60,227 nucleotides of DNA from Methanobacteriota archaeon (GTDB taxonomy: Archaea; Thermoplasmatota; Thermoplasmata; RBG-16-68-12). Location of the stretch: contig VBMA01000076.1 of NCBI GenBank assembly GCA_005878985.1, forward strand, positions 1 to 60,227, given 5' to 3'. The notes under the pieces were generated by a model. The model saw nothing but the letters and a program-made list of their open reading frames with translations, did not search any database and was not told the origin of the DNA. Each line of letters begins with the position of its first letter. Positions within the stretch are counted from its first letter, which is position 1. The position numbers and the translations under genes are program-made. This document shows, in pieces, positions 52,537-60,227 of this stretch.

Positions 52537-52548
52537 TTCATCGATGAA
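52537..52548. repeat. 12-bp perfect palindrome TTCATCGATGAA
   Basis: Read directly from the AT-richer divergent region between the 263-aa gene and KaiC-like 2. Confidence 0.7.
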
Positions 52549-52578
52549 TATCTCCCTCGATAACGAGGACGCCATCGC

Positions 52579-52585
52579 TTTATAA
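52579..52585. promoter_or_regulatory. near-palindromic TATA box TTTATAA
   Basis: It lies 26 nt upstream of the ATG at 52611 (KaiC-like 2, leaderless). Confidence 0.5.
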
Positions 52586-52610
52586 CGAAGACCTCGTCGT
52601 GCGGCCTACG

Positions 52611-53330
52611 ATGGACATCGAGGTCCCCCTGCTCCAGACGTATGTCGAAGGACTCGACCGCGCGCTCGGCGGCGGAATCCCGCGAGGCAGCACGGTCCTG
52701 GTCGCCGGCACGCCGGGGACGATGAAGACCTCCCTCATCCTCTGGATGATGCACGAGAACGCGCGCCTGAACGGCGTCAAGTCGCTGTACGTGAGCCTGG
52801 AACAGGACATGGACAGCCTCAAGGCCGGGGCCGCGCGGATGGGGATGGGGAACCTCCACGAGTCCAGCGTCTACATCCTCGACATGGGCCAGCTCCGCCG
52901 CGGGCTCCAGCGCTCGGAATCGTCGAAAGACTGGTTCACGATCCTCCTCGAGATCATCAAGGAGGCCGTGAGCTCGAGCGGATACGGGGTGCTCGCGCTG
53001 GACAGCCTCGAGGCGCTGTATGCCCTCTCCGAGATCAAGACGCCCCGGCGGGAGATGTTCCACTTCCTCTCCTCGATCAAGGAGCTCGGCCTCACGACGT
53101 TCCTGATCGCCGAGCAACCGTTCGGCTCGACGCGCCTCGCGCAATGGGGGGAAGACTTCCTCGCCGACGGGATCCTGAATCTCCGGCAGGTCGAGGTCGG
53201 GGAGACGGACGTGCAGCTGCGCCTGCGTTGCATCAAGATGCGCTGGATGAACCACGACCACAACGCGCTCGCGCTGAACCACGACGGCCAGAAGTTCTTC
53301 GTGACCCACGTGATTTCGAAGAAAAAGTGA
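52611..53330 (+). CDS. single-domain KaiC/RecA-like ATPase, paralog 2
   Basis: MDIEVPLLQTYVEGLDRALGGGIPRGSTVLVAGTPGTMKTSLIL, YVSLEQD, YGVLALDSL, RLRCIKMRWMNH. Confidence 0.85.
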   Translation: MDIEVPLLQTYVEGLDRALGGGIPRGSTVLVAGTPGTMKTSLILWMMHENARLNGVKSLYVSLEQDMDSLKAGAARMGMGNLHESSVYILDMGQLRRGLQRSESSKDWFTILLEIIKEAVSSSGYGVLALDSLEALYALSEIKTPRREMFHFLSSIKELGLTTFLIAEQPFGSTRLAQWGEDFLADGILNLRQVEVGETDVQLRLRCIKMRWMNHDHNALALNHDGQKFFVTHVISKKK

Positions 53331-53334
53331 AAGG

Positions 53335-53352
53335 GGCAGGCGCTTGCCTGCC
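53335..53352. terminator. hairpin GGCAGGC-GCTT-GCCTGCC between convergent genes
   Basis: 7-bp GC-rich stem and 4-nt loop, 5 nt after the stop codon of KaiC-like 2 and 27 nt after the stop codon of the minus-strand gene. Confidence 0.5.
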
Positions 53353-53378
53353 GGTCGTGTAGAATCGCCAATCTTGGC

Positions 53379-54263
53379 TCAGCGGGGAGGGGACGGACCG
53401 GACGGCGGCGGCATCGTCGACATGGGCATCCCCGGCGGAGTCGTGGGTGGCGGAATCTCCCCGTGGCTGACGCGGGACCACGCCAGATAGGTCGCGGCGG
53501 CGAACAGGAGGGCCGGGATCACGCTCAGATAGCCTAAGCCGTTCAACTGGCCCTGGAGCGCATTGATGGGCGCCGGGTTGTACGTTCCCCCGGATGTGGC
53601 CTGATTAATCGCGTTCGAGACGAGCGGCCCGATGATGGCAAGAATCGCGATCGAGATCGCCAGGTTGGCCACGTACCCGGCCCACAGCAGCATTTTCCCG
53701 GTCTGCTTCTGCAGGGCGTACGTGAACAGGACGGATGCGATGCCGCCAACCACGGCTGCGATAATCGCCCCAATGAGGATTGTATTGAACGCGCTCGCGA
53801 GCGCGGCCCCCAGGGCGGCCTGGTTTTGCGAAGCGATGGCGGAAAACACCGCAGCGGCGAAGAGCACGCCGGTGATGATCCCGATGATGATTCCGACGAA
53901 GAACAGCACGATTGCGATGACGACGTTCCGGGCATGCGTTGAGCCGAAGGCTTTGCGCCCGAGGATGACGAGGATCGCACCGATGAGCAGGAGCAAGCCT
54001 CCCAAGATCCCGACGATCGGAATCCATGAGATGAGCCCGCCGATGAGGAGCAGGAGAAGTCCGGTCTTCGTGCGGTCGATCTGCTTCCGCCGGTCCGCGT
54101 CCCAGGCCGACGGAAGGCCAGGCATCGCGGGTGGGTACATCGGCGCCGCGGCCGCCGACGCGCCTCCCGCCCCCGCGGACAAGGCACTTCCGCAGTTCAC
54201 GCAAAACATCGTTCCCGGATTATTCGCCGCGCCACAACGAGGACATGTCACGCTGGTTGCCAA
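53379..54263 (-). CDS. zinc-ribbon membrane protein
   Basis: N-terminal CPRCGAANNPGTMFCVNCG, then about 6 hydrophobic helices and a Pro-rich tail. Confidence 0.7.
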   Translation of the reverse strand: MATSVTCPRCGAANNPGTMFCVNCGSALSAGAGGASAAAAPMYPPAMPGLPSAWDADRRKQIDRTKTGLLLLLIGGLISWIPIVGILGGLLLLIGAILVILGRKAFGSTHARNVVIAIVLFFVGIIIGIITGVLFAAAVFSAIASQNQAALGAALASAFNTILIGAIIAAVVGGIASVLFTYALQKQTGKMLLWAGYVANLAISIAILAIIGPLVSNAINQATSGGTYNPAPINALQGQLNGLGYLSVIPALLFAAATYLAWSRVSHGEIPPPTTPPGMPMSTMPPPSGPSPPR

Positions 54264-54352
54264 TCGGCCCCCTCCGCCGGGGAATCAGGATAGGGGTTGA
54301 AAATGCTATCGGGCCTCACAAAGCTTAATCGGGGCCCGGGATTGGAATCGCC

Positions 54353-54763
54353 GTGGCCGGGCCCGGTCCGTTCGATCGCTGGATCTCATTCGAGCTCGGC
54401 CGGCTGAACGCCGGGCTCGTCGTCGAGAAGAAGACGCTGACGCGCCTTCTCGCGGAACCGGAGCCGGCGTGCCGGACGCGGGAGGGGGATCCCCATCCGT
54501 TCGACCGGACGGCCCTCGACCGCTACGCGGCGGTCCTCGCGCGGGACGAGGCGGACGACCTTCGACTGCCCCTCACCCTGGTCGCATCCGCGGACTCGGA
54601 CAGCGCCTATCTCACGGACGAACTGGGGGCGCAGGCGTTGCGGGCCGTCGAGAAGTTCGACCGGGCGTTCCCGTTCCGGGACGGACGGATGGCCCTACCC
54701 CATTCGCTCGCGGTGGACCTCGTCCGACGCCACGGGGGCGTCTTGCAGCTCGCCTTCGGCTGA
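54353..54763 (+). CDS. UPF0216/DUF61-like archaeal protein
   Basis: ELGRLNAGLVVEKKTLTRLLAEPEPACRTREGDPHPFDRTALDRYAAVL..DDLRLPLTLV matches my recollection of the DUF61 pattern (..L..LL.e..P.v.trdG..h.f....L..l...l......LrLPi). Confidence 0.6.
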   Translation: MAGPGPFDRWISFELGRLNAGLVVEKKTLTRLLAEPEPACRTREGDPHPFDRTALDRYAAVLARDEADDLRLPLTLVASADSDSAYLTDELGAQALRAVEKFDRAFPFRDGRMALPHSLAVDLVRRHGGVLQLAFG

Positions 54764-54766
54764 GGC

Positions 54767-55198
54767 CTATTTCGGCGCCTCGGGCCGCTCCTTGCGGGAG
54801 GCCCAGAAGTCTTCGGGGACGTCGTCGTAGACGGACCCCATCTTTTCGGCCTCTTCCTTGGCCTTCTGCGCTTCGACGAGTTCCGCGATGCGTTCCTTTC
54901 GGAACATCCAGTAGTGGATCCGCCACTCCCGGCCGTCGTAGAGGGTGGTCTCCTCCCTCTCCGTCGTCAGGATGCCGGAGTCCTCGAGCATGTAGAACGC
55001 GTCCCGGTCTTCCGGCTCGAGGACGTTGTCGATGATCCGTTCCGAGTAGCCGAAGAAGTTGAGGACGTGCTGGGCCATCGCCCGCGCCTCTTCCTCCTTC
55101 ATCCCGGTCCGGTCGATCGAGTTCTTGATCGCCCGCGTGAGGTCGTCGACCGTCAGCGTCCCGGCCGGTCCCCGCTCCGATTTCGTCTTCACGGCCAT
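54767..55198 (-). CDS. conserved archaeal hypothetical protein
   Basis: AQHVLNFFGYSERIIDNVLEPEDRDAFYMLEDSGILTTEREETTLYDGREWRIHYW. A TATA-like TTAAATA lies about 35 nt upstream on the minus strand. Confidence 0.7.
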   Translation of the reverse strand: MAVKTKSERGPAGTLTVDDLTRAIKNSIDRTGMKEEEARAMAQHVLNFFGYSERIIDNVLEPEDRDAFYMLEDSGILTTEREETTLYDGREWRIHYWMFRKERIAELVEAQKAKEEAEKMGSVYDDVPEDFWASRKERPEAPK

Positions 55199-55380
55199 GG
55201 GTCGCCTCGGGCGGCTCCTATGGGGGGTCTATGCTATTTAAGAGTTCTGCGCCGCCGTCCCTCCGTTGATTCTCACCATCCCGGACGATGGCGGTTCATC
55301 CTCTCAGACCTGATAGTCGGATCGATGCGCGGTGGACCTCGGCAAAAGGTTAACGCGCGCGGTTCGCATTATGCTACGGG

Positions 55381-56259
55381 ATGGCGCAGGGTGTGGACGT
55401 GGAGTGGGTGCGGACCCCGAAGCCCGGGGAGCCGGCGAAGCCGTCGGAAGACCTCGACGCCGAGTTGCGGGGACTGCGTGACGAAGTCCGGAGGCTCAGG
55501 GAGCAGGTGGCCGCGTTGGCCGTCGAGTCTGCGCGACCGGCGCCGGGAGACGAACGCCTCCCGACCTATGTCGGCCGCCTTGATGCGTCCCTCGAAGGCG
55601 GGGTGCCGAAAGGCAGCGTCATCGCGATCACCGGGCCGGGCGGCTCGATGAAGACGTCGCTCGCGCTGTACATCCTGATCAAGAACCGCGCCGCGGGTCG
55701 CCGCGGCGTCTACGTAACGGTCGAAGAGAGCCGCGAGTCGATCCTCCGGACGATGCGCCACCACGGCCTCGGGACCGAGGAGGACTTCCTCGTCGACATC
55801 GCGCGCCTCCGCGTCGAGCACGAAGGCGCCGAGGAGATCCGGGACTGGTTGCGGGTGCTGAAAGACTTCCTCGTCCGGCGGAATCAGCGCGAGAAGATCG
55901 ACCTCGTCGTCATCGATACGATGGACGTGCTCGTCTCGATGGCTCACCTGCAGGACGTCCGGAACGAACTGTTCCATTTCTTCCATTTCCTGCGGTCGAT
56001 GGGCGTGACGACCTACGTGATCGCGAACGTCGATCCCGCGCGGGGCGGCGTCGCGAATGACGTCTCGTTCCTCGCAGACGGCGTCTTCGAACTGCGGTTC
56101 AGCGGCGCGGGGGAAGGACGGGTGCAGTTGTTGTTCCGGTGCGCGAAGATGCGCCACACGAACCATTCGCGCGACTACTTCGTCCTGACGTACGACAAAG
56201 GCTTCGCCGCGAAGCCGTACCAGGCGCCCAAGCCGTCCCGATGGAGTCGCCGCACGTAA
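55381..56259 (+). CDS. single-domain KaiC/RecA-like ATPase, paralog 3, with a coiled-coil N-terminal extension
   Basis: DAELRGLRDEVRRLREQVAAL, then TYVGRLDASLEGGVPKGSVIAITGPGGSMKTSLAL, YVTVEES, IDLVVIDTM, LFRCAKMRHTNH. Confidence 0.85.
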   Translation: MAQGVDVEWVRTPKPGEPAKPSEDLDAELRGLRDEVRRLREQVAALAVESARPAPGDERLPTYVGRLDASLEGGVPKGSVIAITGPGGSMKTSLALYILIKNRAAGRRGVYVTVEESRESILRTMRHHGLGTEEDFLVDIARLRVEHEGAEEIRDWLRVLKDFLVRRNQREKIDLVVIDTMDVLVSMAHLQDVRNELFHFFHFLRSMGVTTYVIANVDPARGGVANDVSFLADGVFELRFSGAGEGRVQLLFRCAKMRHTNHSRDYFVLTYDKGFAAKPYQAPKPSRWSRRT

Positions 56260-56637
56260 TCAGAAGGCGCCCTTGATCTTCGCCCGGTCGATCTTGATCC
56301 CGGCCGGCGTCGCCATGAGGACGTTCTTGCCCACGACGGCCACGTCGCCGCCGCAATCCCGGACGGCGCTCTTTAGCTCCGCCGTGATGCGCTTGAGCGC
56401 GAGGTCGTCGCTCGCGAGGCTCGTGTAGTCGATCAACAGGATGTTCCCGTTGTACACGTGGGTCGTGAGGTCGGCGATGTCCTCGTAGCGGTACACCTCC
56501 GCGACCTTGACCAAGTGCTCGACGGGCTCACCCAAGGCCCCGCCTTCGCCCTCGAAGTTCAGCTCTCCCAAGTCGATGTACGTATCCGCCTCGGCGCCCT
56601 CGGACAACCGTCGGAATGGCTTTTTGATGAAGGCCAT
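56260..56637 (-). CDS. sepF: cell division protein SepF (archaeal FtsZ anchor)
   Basis: YIDLGEL..VKVAEVYRYEDIADLTTHVYNGNILLIDYTSLASDDLALKRITAELKSAVRDCGGDVAVVGKNVLMATPAGIKIDR. Confidence 0.85.
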   Translation of the reverse strand: MAFIKKPFRRLSEGAEADTYIDLGELNFEGEGGALGEPVEHLVKVAEVYRYEDIADLTTHVYNGNILLIDYTSLASDDLALKRITAELKSAVRDCGGDVAVVGKNVLMATPAGIKIDRAKIKGAF

Positions 56638-56752
56638 GCCACATCCCTTCTGCGCCGCCCCATAGCCGACACCACGAATTTAAAGGTATCGCGGACGTTG
56701 CCAACGGGTTGCCGAAACACGCAATAATTATTCACTCAATCATAAGATAGCC

Positions 56753-57769
56753 GTGAGCTTTCGTGACACGGTCACCCTCGCTGGGACAACGTTTAAGAAG
56801 GAAGGGCCTCTGTCGCTGGCGCCCATGGTCTACGACGTCATCGTCGTCGGGGGTGGCCCCGCCGGTTTGACGGCCGGTGTGTACGCCCGCACCCGGAAGC
56901 TGTCGACCCTGATCCTCGAGGCGCAGGCGACGGGCGGCCAGCTCGAGTGGCTCTACCCGACGAAGTCCGTCTACGACTATCCGAGCTACATCGCGATCGA
57001 GGGCGGCGAACTCGCGCAACTGTTCGTCCTCCACTCGCGGGAGAGCGGCGCGGAAATCCGGGCCGAGGAAGTCGTGGACGTCCAGCGACAAGCGTCCGGC
57101 TTCAAGCTCGCGACCCGCCAAGGGAACGTGTACGAAGGCCGATCGATCATCCTCGCGATGGGGATGGGACTGTTCGAGCCGAAACGCCTGGACGTGCCCG
57201 GCGAAGCAGAATTCGAGACGAAAGGCGTCGAGTACCGCGTGCGGGACCGTCGCGAGTTCAAGGGGAAACGGGTGGTCGTCGTCGGCGGTGGCGATAGCGC
57301 CCTCGAGATCGCCCTCGAAATCGTCGCGGCCGCGAAGAAGGTGATCCTCGTCCACCGCCGCGAGGAGTTCCGGGCGATGGAGAAGAACGTCGAGGCCGTC
57401 ATGGACAGCCAAATCGAGGTGCTCTTCAACGCCGAGGTCACGAGCCTGGAAGGCAACGGGAAGGTCGAGCGGGCCGTCGTGTACGACAACCGGACGCTGA
57501 AGAAGACGGTCCTCGACGTCGACGCGGTGATCGTCAACATCGGATTCGAACCGAAGATCACGCCCCTGCCCCGCTGGGGCGTCGAGCTCGAAGGCGACCG
57601 GCTGATTCGCGTCAAGGCGGACATGTCGACGTCCGTCCGCGGGATCTACGCATGCGGCGACATGGTGTCGTATCCTGGGAAGGACAAACGGATCGTGACG
57701 GGGTGCGGCGAGGCCGTGACCGCCGTCATGTCCGTGTACAAGTACCTCAGGCAGCCGTACTGGGCGTGA
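56753..57769 (+). CDS. thioredoxin-reductase-like ferredoxin-NADP+ oxidoreductase
   Basis: YDVIVVGGGPAGLTAG, GGQL..LYPTKSVYDYP, VVVVGGGDSALE, YACGDM. The start is GTG at 56753 (about 25 nt after TAATTATT) or ATG at 56825. Confidence 0.85.
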   Translation: MSFRDTVTLAGTTFKKEGPLSLAPMVYDVIVVGGGPAGLTAGVYARTRKLSTLILEAQATGGQLEWLYPTKSVYDYPSYIAIEGGELAQLFVLHSRESGAEIRAEEVVDVQRQASGFKLATRQGNVYEGRSIILAMGMGLFEPKRLDVPGEAEFETKGVEYRVRDRREFKGKRVVVVGGGDSALEIALEIVAAAKKVILVHRREEFRAMEKNVEAVMDSQIEVLFNAEVTSLEGNGKVERAVVYDNRTLKKTVLDVDAVIVNIGFEPKITPLPRWGVELEGDRLIRVKADMSTSVRGIYACGDMVSYPGKDKRIVTGCGEAVTAVMSVYKYLRQPYWA

Positions 57770-58412
57770 GCGCCCGAAGGAGCGGCGCCAAGGCACCGGG
57801 CGTCTCAATCAGGTAGTCCACGCCCGCGGCATCGAGACGCGCTCGGGTGCCGTAGCCCCACGTCACCCCGATCGTCCGAGCGCCCGCCGCTTTCCCCGCG
57901 AGGACATCGTTCTCCGTGTCTCCGACGACGGCGCATTCCGCCGGCGCGACTCCGAGCGCCGACGCCGCCCGGAGGATCGGGTCCGGTGCCGGCTTCTTGT
58001 GCGGCACCGAATCGCCTCCGAGGACGAGGGCGAAGAATGACAGGAGCCCGGTGACTCGCAGGGCCTCGATCGAGGTGTCCCGGCGTTTGTTCGTCACGGC
58101 GGCGAGCTCCCATGCGGCCAGGGAGTCGAGTGCCTCGCGAACGCCCGGGTAGGCCCGCATGCCTTCGCGCACGGACTCGGCCTCGATTCGCTGGAACTCA
58201 CGGACCGCCTTTGCGAGTTCGTCGCCCGCGAGACCGCACCGTTCGGCGTAGATCGCCTCGATCGGCGTGCCGATCCATCGCGCCGCCTCAGAGCCCGAGA
58301 TCGACGTCTTGCGAATCGCCTCGAGACCTGCATCGAATGCCGCGACCCAGGCGTCGCGCGTGTCGAGGAGCGTCCCGTCGATGTCGAACAGGACCGCGCG
58401 CAGCCGAGGCAC
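57747..58412 (-). CDS. HAD-superfamily hydrolase (phosphoglycolate-phosphatase-like)
   Basis: VLFDIDGTLLDT, VTNKRRD, VGDTENDVLAGKAAG. Confidence 0.85.
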   Translation of the reverse strand: MPRLRAVLFDIDGTLLDTRDAWVAAFDAGLEAIRKTSISGSEAARWIGTPIEAIYAERCGLAGDELAKAVREFQRIEAESVREGMRAYPGVREALDSLAAWELAAVTNKRRDTSIEALRVTGLLSFFALVLGGDSVPHKKPAPDPILRAASALGVAPAECAVVGDTENDVLAGKAAGARTIGVTWGYGTRARLDAAGVDYLIETPGALAPLLRALTPSTAA

Positions 58413-58413
58413 G

Positions 58414-58911
58414 TCAGGGCTCCTCTTCGCCGAGCCGCCAGATCTCGTCGCCGACGTGATGGATCGTCTGGATCGCCTTGCCCTTTTCCTCCCGGGCCAT
58501 CGTGGGTCCGTCCATGATCGCGCGCCCGATCGCGAGCGGCCGGCCGTTCTTCTCGTCCCGGATCCAGACGATATCGCCTGCTCGAATCCCGGGGTCCGCG
58601 TCGACGATCCCCGGGGCCATCACGTCCGCGCCGTTGTAGATGAAGCGCACCGCGCCCATGTCGACCGTGACGGCCCGTTTCTTCGCGGGGAAGGCGAGGA
58701 GCCCGCGGATCGTCGGAGCGATTCCGCCTTCGAGGAAGATCGCGATCGCGTCGTTGTTCCGTAGTAACAGGCGATGGGGGCCGGCCTCCGCCTCGTCGAG
58801 CGGCACGTCGTCCAACGGAATCTCCATGCCAAATTCGTCCGCGAGTCGGCCGAGGAAGTCCGTCGCCTCCTTGCGGCGAAGTCGGGAACGCCGACGAATC
58901 TTCACGGCCAT
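58414..58911 (-). CDS. PUA-domain RNA-binding protein (MCT-1/Tma20-like)
   Basis: VDMGAVRFIYNGADVMAPGIVDADPGIRAGDIVWIRDEKNGRPLAIGRAIM. Confidence 0.8.
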   Translation of the reverse strand: MAVKIRRRSRLRRKEATDFLGRLADEFGMEIPLDDVPLDEAEAGPHRLLLRNNDAIAIFLEGGIAPTIRGLLAFPAKKRAVTVDMGAVRFIYNGADVMAPGIVDADPGIRAGDIVWIRDEKNGRPLAIGRAIMDGPTMAREEKGKAIQTIHHVGDEIWRLGEEEP

Positions 58912-58988
58912 TCGGATTCCGGCAGGCGGACGCGGAAGATAATTCCTCGTTCGCAGTCTCCATATTTATCGATGCGAGACGATGGAAA

Positions 58989-60227
58989 TCAGCCCGACGC
59001 GGTGCGCCCGGACCGCAGATCGAGGGCCCGCGAGAAGGTCGGATCGAGCCGCAGCGCCTGATCGACCATCTTTCGCGCGCGGTCTTCCTGGCCCAAGCTC
59101 CGCCACGCGCGTGCGGCATCGCACCAGATGTCCGGATCCGTCGGATTCAGCCCGAGCGCGGCGTCGAACGCCGACATGGCCTCCTTCGATCGATGCGAGC
59201 GCAAGAGGAGTTCGCCCTTCCGCCGGTACACGAGGTCGCGGCCATCCGCGTGCGCGCGAATCGCGGCATCACAGTCCGCGAGCGCGTCTTCGAAGCGGCC
59301 GAGGCTCGCGTGAAGGTCCGCTCGAAGGAGAAGCATCTCGTTGCTCGGTGCCTCGATTCCGGCGAGGGTGGCAAGGGCGTCGTCGGCCCTCCCGAGAATC
59401 TGCAGTGATCGTGCAAGATCGGTTTGCGCTTCAGGGGCTCCGAGTTCCGCAGCCTTTCGGAACGAGACCTCCGCATCCGTCGGTCGGCCGAGGGCGAGCA
59501 ATGCGCGGCCCGCCGCCAGCCAACCGCGAGAATCCGTGGGGTCTCGCGCGCGCAGGTCATCGGCCGGGACGAGTGCGTCCGCCGCTCGCCCGACTCGAAG
59601 CAGGAGCGCGGACAACCGGAGCAAGCTGTCGGCGCCGTGCGCCTTCGACGCCGCGGCCGTATATCCGTCGATCGCCTCGTCCACCCGCTCCAAGTCTTCC
59701 AGGAGGACCGCCTGATGATACCGCAGCTCCGCATTGTCCGGCTCGATCTCGAGGGAGGCCCGGAAGCACTCGAGCGCCTCGTCGTAGCACCGTTCCGCCT
59801 CGAGCGCGTTCCCCATCTCTTCGAGGATCTTCCCGCGGAACACCCAGGCCTCCTCGAACGAGCCGTTCAGGATGAGCGTGTTGTTCAGCGCGTCGCGGGC
59901 TTCCTCGAGTCGGCCGAGATGGTGGAGGGCCTCCGCCTTCGCCATCCATGCGTGGTCGTAGTTCGGGTTCAGCTCGAGGCTTTGGCTGATCAGCTCGAGG
60001 CCTTCCTCGTGACGGCCGAGCGAATCGAGCGCGTGGCCTTTCGCGTACAGCGCGTAGTCGAAATCGGGCTTAATCTCGAGGCTCTTGTCGTGGTACTTCA
60101 GGGAGGGTTCGTGGCGGCCCATCTTGTTCAGCGCGTTCCCGATGTTGTTCCACGCGATCTCGTATCGAGGATTCACCTCGAGGGCCCGCTCGAAGTACGG
60201 GATCGACTGTTCGTATCGACCGAGGTT
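58989..60227 (-). CDS. TPR-repeat protein, C-terminal part (continues beyond the right edge)
   Basis: At least 10 TPR units. The frame stays open upstream of the tracked GTG at 60176 (NLGRYEQSIPYFERALEV..). Confidence 0.8.
   Translation of the reverse strand, partial: NLGRYEQSIPYFERALEVNPRYEIAWNNIGNALNKMGRHEPSLKYHDKSLEIKPDFDYALYAKGHALDSLGRHEEGLELISQSLELNPNYDHAWMAKAEALHHLGRLEEARDALNNTLILNGSFEEAWVFRGKILEEMGNALEAERCYDEALECFRASLEIEPDNAELRYHQAVLLEDLERVDEAIDGYTAAASKAHGADSLLRLSALLLRVGRAADALVPADDLRARDPTDSRGWLAAGRALLALGRPTDAEVSFRKAAELGAPEAQTDLARSLQILGRADDALATLAGIEAPSNEMLLLRADLHASLGRFEDALADCDAAIRAHADGRDLVYRRKGELLLRSHRSKEAMSAFDAALGLNPTDPDIWCDAARAWRSLGQEDRARKMVDQALRLDPTFSRALDLRSGRTASG

Noticed and set aside
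50980-56259. The three KaiC-like genes considered as a circadian clock (kaiABC) locus.
   Set aside because: The proteins are single-domain and about half the length of KaiC. No kaiA or kaiB homologs are nearby. Such KaiC-like ATPases are widespread in archaea and have other roles.

Overview
GC-rich, densely coded archaeal chromosome segment. The lineage call rests on an archaeal-type ThrRS with an N-terminal editing domain, Orc1/Cdc6, fibrillarin, uS15, deoxyhypusine synthase, CDP-archaeol synthase, the archaeal ADH-synthase/DHQ-synthase-II entry into the shikimate pathway, FtsZ plus SepF, and Mre11-Rad50-NurA-HerA. It is most likely a euryarchaeote, but I cannot place it more precisely from sequence alone. 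About 65 protein genes can be supported. The main blocks are: (1) folP/thrS, then an RHH-ftsZ pair; (2) NAD salvage (pncA, Nudix), dys, orc1/cdc6 and DUF835; (3) recJ-like, rps15, flpA and three translationally coupled TPR genes; (4) a seven-gene shikimate operon (aroA'-aroB'-aroDE-aroK-aroA-aroC-trpG/pabA) preceded by a degenerate FtsZ paralog; (5) an ABC exporter, then mre11-rad50-nurA-herA; (6) an exonuclease-motif-deficient family B polymerase, Exo VII, pyrE and carS; (7) three paralogous single-domain KaiC/RecA-like ATPases interleaved with unknown genes and ending at sepF. No CRISPR array, tRNA, rRNA, transposase or integrase was seen. Many promoters look archaeal, with a TTTATA-like box about 25-30 nt upstream of the start codon (leaderless mRNAs). 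Many operon junctions are 4-nt ATGA/GTGA overlaps. The observations most worth a second look are: two CTGA junctions where only CTG can initiate aroA and trpG; a possible RNase P RNA at about 4.8-5.06 kb; a 26-nt near-identical repeat placed exactly 27 nt after the stop codons of two unrelated genes; a Rad50 with no CxxC zinc hook; a degenerate FtsZ paralog; a near-identical palindrome pair flanking a 75-aa ORF next to the KaiC-like genes; and an unusual Walker A (G-x-x-G-x-M-K-T) shared by all three KaiC-like proteins. I found no clear-cut novel defence or mobile system. The KaiC-like/palindrome locus is the best candidate for an undescribed regulatory module, and that reading is inference. 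All functional calls come from my own recognition of motifs in the supplied translations; no database search was run.
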